Source of the DNA: the human T2T-CHM13v2.0 reference genome, Homo sapiens
Direction of reading: 5' to 3'
Assembly: GCA_009914755.4 (NCBI GenBank)
Contig: CP068257.2
Coordinates: 41,760,001-41,824,000 of the forward strand
DNA length: 64,000 nt
The notes beneath the pieces were generated by a model. The model was not told the DNA's origin and made no database searches. It worked only from the letters and a program-made list of their open reading frames with translations. Position numbers and translations under genes: made by a program. This document shows positions 56,901 to 64,000 of the stretch, in pieces. How positions within the stretch are numbered: position 1 is the stretch's first letter; each line of letters begins with the position of its first letter.

Positions 56901-57830
56901 CTAGGGGACCACCCATTAGGGCTGAGGGCTCTGGAAAGAAGTTCAGGACAAAGGAGTTTGGGGAGAGCGCTGGGCTCATTTTCCTGGGGCAGACAGAACC
57001 AAGTGCCCATCACGGTGCAGCTTGAACAGCAGGCGTTCGGCGCCTCTCAGTTCCGGAGGCCGGGGGTCCAAGGTCATGGTGTGGGCAGTGTGAGCCACCA
57101 CACCCAGCCCAAGTCCTTTATACATCTTCTCAGGGGGTCTGTGTCTTAAACAGGAAATATTCAAACGCCCTTTCTCTAACTGAAGTAGGTTTTCAGATTA
57201 CTTTTACGTTTATAAGATATTGTGGCTACTGACGGTTTATTTTTTGCAATTATAACCGGCCCACTTTCCCGGGGTCTCCCTACACGTGCGGGGCGGGGGA
57301 GAGACTCCAGAGGGGGCTGCGGGAAACACAGGGGAGGGAGGCCTGGGGCTGGAGACGGCGGCCGCTCCTCATGCGTCAGGGGCCTCTTTCGGGCCGCCAT
57401 TGCCTTAGCAGCGCCAAGTTCTTTCTGGGGCAATCGCCGCTGTTGGTTTCATCTCCCAGCACTGCCCATTGGCCGCAGCACCTCCTGCCCCCACGGTGCA
57501 CTCCCTTCTGCGGTCATTTCCTTCCCTGGGGTGGAAGCAAGTGTAGAGCCAGCTCTTAGAGAGAGGCAGGCCAGCCATCTGCAGAGTGGGAACCCTCCTG
57601 GGCCCCCTTGCCCTCCCCACGTCCGAACCTGTCCCGTCCCCCATGGGCCCGCGCCCCCGCCAGCAACGGCATCCCACACTGTGCGCCTGGCCGTCTCACA
57701 CACCCCACACTCTGGGCTGACCTTCAAAGGGAAGCTGCTGTTTAAATATTTAATCGTCCTTGGAGTGCCTGGACTTAATCATTAAGACCCTGAATCAAAA
57801 GAGGAAAAAAAGCATTTTAAAGATGACTGA

Positions 57831-58160
<330 letters not shown>

Positions 58161-61052
58161 GATGGCTGAAGCCTGTGAAAACACTGGGTTAGTGATGCTT
58201 GTATTCTCAGCCCTGCAGGGCTGCGGCACCTCCACCTCCGGCTTGGCCTCACACTGCTCCCGGGGTGTTCCCTTTGCTCTGGAGGCAGGGCTGTGCACCA
58301 GCCAGGCCTGAGACCCTGTCTGCCCTCCAGGACCTGCTGACCCTGCTAGATCTTCGGTCCTGCCTTGCCCAGCGGCCGACTGAACAGAGCCCCTGTGGGC
58401 CCTGCATGGCCACCAGGGGGCTACTCCACGGTGGGGTCAGGGGGCGAGCGTCCCCCTCCCCGTCTCGGGGAGGGACGCAGCTCCTGGCCTGCATGCGCCC
58501 ACCATGGACGGGGAAGGAAGGGGCGCCCCCTTCAGTGTGTGAACCCCCAGCAATCCCCTCTGCGGGGACCGCATGTTTTCTATACAGAAAGAACTTAGCT
58601 CACCAGGGACATTTTGCTGAAACAGCTTGTAAAGGATGGCGCCTGGCTGGTGCCTCTGCCTGCTATGGGGTGCGGGAGGCAATGTGGGAAGCTCCGTACT
58701 CTCTGATCGATGTATCGGTAAAATGAAAACTGCTCTAAAAAGTAGTCTTTTAACTTAAAAGAAAAAAGGAGAATAATTAGGCCAAGGGCTTGGCCATTTT
58801 CTGAACAAGTCTAGTTTTGTGGGTTTCCAGCTGCCTCTCTGAGTCTCCTTCTGGGCCCCTGCAGACACAGCCCCCTCCTGGGGTAGGGGCGACCTGCCCT
58901 GAGCAGTCTGTGCCCCGGGCTCCCAGAGCTGCCAGTGTGTCCAGGCTCTCCCCAGCTATCCGACTCCTGGGGAGCCTGCCAGGCCGGCAGTGGGTGGGTA
59001 TTTGCTTGCATTTGCTTTGACAAATCGCCACTCTGTGTGGAGGTGCCAGGAGCGTGATTTACTGGGTGTGTGATGACTACGGCTCCCGTAGCCAGGCCTG
59101 CCCATCAAGCAGTGCTTTTGGCTTTCAGTGAGGGGTGGACTTTGCCGCGGGGGATTGCCGGCTAGCTGATCAGGACCCCAAGTCCTAAGAGGCACCGTGT
59201 CCACTCCACCTGCCCACGGGAGCTCCGTGCCCAGCGGTGGGCCCAGAGGGACGACGACCTCCTGTAGAGGGGGCCCCCACCAGTCCTAGCAGCCAAAGGT
59301 GCTCGAAGAGTGAAAGGACATGCCACACTGTCCTCCTAACAGCAGTGACCAGGGCAGGAGAGCTGCTATTTCTGGCCTACGGCCCATTTTTCAGAGTCAA
59401 TTCATTTTCTAGGCAGACACACACATTCCTACAACTCTTTTCTCCAGATCATTCCTTCAGCCAGCTGGTTCTCCACCGGGATTCCAGGAAAGAATGAGGC
59501 CTTGCAAAATGCTCTGAATGGCTGTTCCCACCAAAGGTGGTGGGAGCCAAGCCCTTTCCAGGTACAGAGGGAAAGAAGGTGGTTTCGTGGGGTCTTGGCG
59601 TCAGCTCCACTCCCTCCCAGATCACTAGTGCGAAGAGACATGCCAGGCCTCTCCTCTAGGACAAAAACTAGTGTTTCTCTTGGATTCACTGAAACAAGCT
59701 GGGCTGCCCCTTCTTACAGATGGGGCTTGGGGCCCGTGGAGGGGAAGGGCCTGCGAGGTCCTGTTGGTGATAACCAGGCCAGCCGAGAGCCCGGGAAAGG
59801 GCCTGTCCTCAGTCTGTGCCTTGGTGTCCTCCCACCCAGCCACAAAGGGACTCACTCAAGGTCACAGGGCTGCAGCGGGCTGCGTTCAACCCAGTGGCCC
59901 CCACACACTCCTTCAAGGACCAGCATCCCATGCCCAGCTTCTGCCACTTCCTCTCTGGGCCTGTGCCCAGCAGCAGGACAACCCTTGCCACAGGCAGAGC
60001 AGCCCCGCACTCTAGTCCATTGAAAAGCCTGGTGAGATGCCAGGCCAGGCCATGAGCGCGGAGCCTGGTGGCGCGTGTCAGGAGGCGGCGGTGGCAACCT
60101 TGACGGTGGTGGTCCTGACTCAGGAGTCTGACTCACAAGGACTCCAGAGGAAGCAACTGACAAAACGTGTCTCCCGACGGGAGGGTGGCCCAGCTGTGAG
60201 GGCGTCTCCACCACCTCACCATCATCGTCAGAGCCACAGGATTTGGGGGACAGAGGAACATGGTAGACGACACTACAGAGACAGCCAGCAGAACCCAGAG
60301 TGTCGGAAATTCTACAGGACAAACAAAGGACCAGGTTTCTTCAACAGATAAACGATGAGTGATGTGTGTGTGTTGGGGGGGGTGGGGGGGACGGAAGCTC
60401 TGGGCATTCCGGAGGGACTTCAGAGTCACAGAGAGCCTTGGACTTCGTACTCAAACAAACCAACTCTGAAAAGACAGGAGACAACCAGGGAAATTTCAAC
60501 ACTGCTAGCAGATTATCACAAAGAATTCAAGGGTCGTGTTTTAGGTGTGATAACGGTAGCACAGTTATTTTTTTTGGAAGAGTCCCTATTCTGTACAGCC
60601 ACGCACTGAGGTATTTCTCTGATGAAATAAGGTCAGGGATTGCTTTAAAAGACTCCAGGGAGAGGAGGGGTAAGGGGCAGTGGATCGGGGGAGGGAAGAA
60701 GGCTTATAGGTCAGATGGGGCTGCCATGATACTGCTCCCTCTCAAGTTCTTGATGTTTAGAAAAAATGTATGATAAAAAGTTAAAGGTATATGGCCAAAA
60801 ATTAACAATAATCACAAAAACAAGCCTGTCCTTACAGTGAGGCCAAACTCTTTCCTGTCTTCTAACTCTAGCCCAGGGGTCAAAAACAAAGGGAGGACCA
60901 CAGGCCCCAGGGAGGCGCAGGAGGAAAATATTAATACTGTCCTTTCAAAATCTCATCTTTTAAAAGTATTTAAAATGCCCATATTCTATAATCTATGTAA
61001 TATTTTACTATTAGCTAGTCCATTTGACAAGTGTTAAAAAATCAATGTATCA

Positions 61053-61353
<301 letters not shown>

Positions 61354-62934
61354 TCAATGTGTGTACATGTATCGGGAGTGTGCACTCAAACTTTTGATTG
61401 TTAAAGGAGGGTTTTCACAAAAGCTGGGAGACCACCCTTCTAGAACCCTGCCCTTGTAGGTCCAAGGCTACGCGCCCTGGCAGACTTCCATGAGCTGCGA
61501 CCACCAGCCACCAAGACGGTGTGCCCAGCCAACCCTGGTCCCCAGCTAGCTCTGACCCCTGCCCTGCCAGCATCACCCTGAGATTCTTCTGCAAATTACA
61601 GTCTTCTCAGACTGTCTGTCGACCCTGGGGTCTCAATGCTGGGTTCTCAACAGGCAGAACCACAGGGCTGCATTGCGGGTTGTCTTTGAAAAATGACCTG
61701 CCAATAGAAAGTTGGGGACGAAAGCCCTCCAACAGTCTGTCCAAGCGACCCCCAAGAGAAACCACAGTGGGGTGCTGGAGGGTCCCCAACGAGGCACCCC
61801 CCCCCCCCCGACCACCCTGCTGTTACTTCCACCCACATCGAAGTCCTAGGGTCTCTTCTAATTTCCTACTTGGCCGTGCCTGAAATGCCACTTCCAAAAC
61901 CCGCATTCCTATGGTTGCAGAGGCCACAAGGGAGGGCCCTCGTGGTATTTTTTCAGGACCCAAAACCACGAAGATGCCAAGAATCACAACTTTCACACAA
62001 AGGACACACTTTCTTTGATGGAATCTTCAGATCACACATCACAAAGGCAGCACGCCATCAGTCTTTGAAATGTCCCAAAACACGTAAAGAATGTTCCGCT
62101 GCAGATCCGGCTTGTTTCACGGGTGTGTGGCCTCCTCTTCCGAAGTCATTTCATTCTTCGGGGTCTTTGACACGCTCTGGCAACAAGCGCGGAGAGGTGA
62201 ACGGGGCAGCGTTTGTGCTGAGAGTGGGCTGAGAGCGCCGCCCTGCCCACTCCGGCCTGGGGCATCCCATCTCTGCCAGGTTCTGGGCTTTGCATTTTCT
62301 TTTCATTTCATTCTTCCCAGGCAAGAGCACAAGGAAACAAGCAGAAGGAATTCAGAGAAACAGCTCCAGGCTCCAGCTCAAAGGCCGACACCAAAAGCGA
62401 ACACCTCTGGGCGCTCTTGCCTTCAAGAAGGTGGGGAGGCTCACAGACGCAGCATCCACCCCTCGCAGGGAACCTCAGTTCCTGGCCTGTGGTCCCATGA
62501 AGGACATCAGGCTGGCAGATTGGAGCACACCCCTTCTTTCTAACCCCTCTTGAAAGCTTCCTTGAATCTGCCAGTCCTGCCCCCTGGAGCAGGAAGGAAA
62601 ACAGAAGGCCTAGGACGCTAGAGGGGTCCCGAGCTTTCCGGAGCTCCAGCCACCATCAGGTCTGACTGCTCAGGGACAGACACACCGACCACATCCTGAC
62701 CTCAGGATGACCTGCGGAAGTACTTGGCATTTCTTCTTAGCCAAATCCCTTCATTAAAAGACGGGTGAGGGTTCCAGCGCTGCCCTCTTCCTTCTCAAAA
62801 CTCTTATTTCAGGGCTGAAGCCCAGACGTCCAGCCCGTCAGAAATCCCCTTAGCCTGAGCTTGGCACCCAGAAGCTAGAGAGTAAATGCACAGGGGCCGG
62901 GGTCTGAGCCCTTCCGCAAGGATGGGGATGGGGG

Positions 62935-64000
62935 CCACAATCCACACACACCACACCACAAACCACACACCACACACCCACACACCACACACACCACACC
63001 ACAAACCACACACCACACATCACACAGCACACCACACACACACACCACACACACCACACACCACATACACACCACACACCACACACACACCAAACACACC
63101 ACACACACCACACACCACACACACGCACCACACACCACACACACCACACACCACACACACACACCACACACACCACACTCACACCACACACACACCACAC
63201 ACACCACACCCACACACACCACACACACCACAAACCATACACACAGCACACACCACACCACACACAACCATACCACACACACCATACCACAAACCACACA
63301 CAACACACCACATACCACACACCACAAACCACACACACCACAAACCACACACACCACACACACCACCCACACCACACACCCCTCACTCACCACATACACA
63401 CCAACCACCACATACCACACACACCACACCACGCACCACCCCATGTCACACACACATCACATCACACACACCACACGCCACACCACACACACCTCACACC
63501 CAAATCACATATCACACACAGACACCACATACCTCACAACACACATCATAACACCACACACACCATATATCACACACACACACACACCACATATTACACA
63601 CCACACATATCACACTACACACCTCATACCACACACCATATACCACACACACGGCACCAAATATCACCCACACATCACACAACACATACTTCACACATAC
63701 ACCACATACCCCACACCACACACTACACATCACACACCTCACACTACATACCTCATACACACCACACACCACACACCCCACATACCTCCCACACACACCA
63801 TACACACACACTAGATCTCAAACATAACATACACCACATACCTCACACCCCCCCGACACTATACAGCTCACATATACACAACACACACCTACCTTACACA
63901 CATGCCACACACTCCACATCCCTTACACACAATCAGTATATATCACACATACACAATACATTCCTCACACCCCACATACCTCACACAACCACATACACTA
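62935..64000. repeat. Over 1 kb degenerate CA-rich satellite-like repeat (CACAC / CCACA / ACCACA motifs) running to the window end
   Basis: ccacacacaccacaccacaaaccacacaccacacacccacacaccacacacaccacaccacaaacc... continues without unique sequence to 64000. It produces the His/Thr/Pro-rich and Cys/Val-rich spurious ORFs 62886..63551 (+), 62875..63453 (-) and others. Confidence 0.9.

Noticed and set aside
62875-63814. ORFs encoding HTPHT / CVWCV repeats on both strands
   Set aside because: Pure translation of the CACAC-rich satellite. There is no start context and the frame is arbitrary.

Overview
This is human (primate) nuclear DNA, not a prokaryotic accessory region. There are 16 or more Alu SINEs, several with intact target-site duplications. 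An old L1 has four Alus nested in it, and there is a CpG-island promoter. On the minus strand lies a complete multi-exon gene whose conceptual translation matches salt-inducible kinase 1. I call it SIK1, at chr21q22.3; the near-identical paralogue SIK1B cannot be excluded from sequence alone. I mapped 13 coding exons by hand (CDS 2352 nt, 783 aa plus stop). The exon phases are consistent and the splice sites are canonical GT-AG, except for an apparent GC donor at intron 4. The translation runs from ATG at 21432 to TGA at 11997. The ~2.2 kb 3'UTR ends at an AATAAA at 9788-9793. A GC-rich CpG island (about 21180-23320) holds CRE/ATF sites and a probable non-coding first exon. The rest of the window is intron and intergenic sequence with Alu and L1 fragments and a rich set of simple and tandem repeats. 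These include a 43-bp VNTR that duplicates the SIK1 exon-4 donor junction, a 67-bp minisatellite, and a 310-bp polypyrimidine tract. There is also more than 1 kb of CACAC-rich satellite-like repeat at the window end. I found no CRISPR, defence system or other prokaryote-type feature. Most long ORFs in the six-frame track are artefacts of GC-rich or repetitive DNA.
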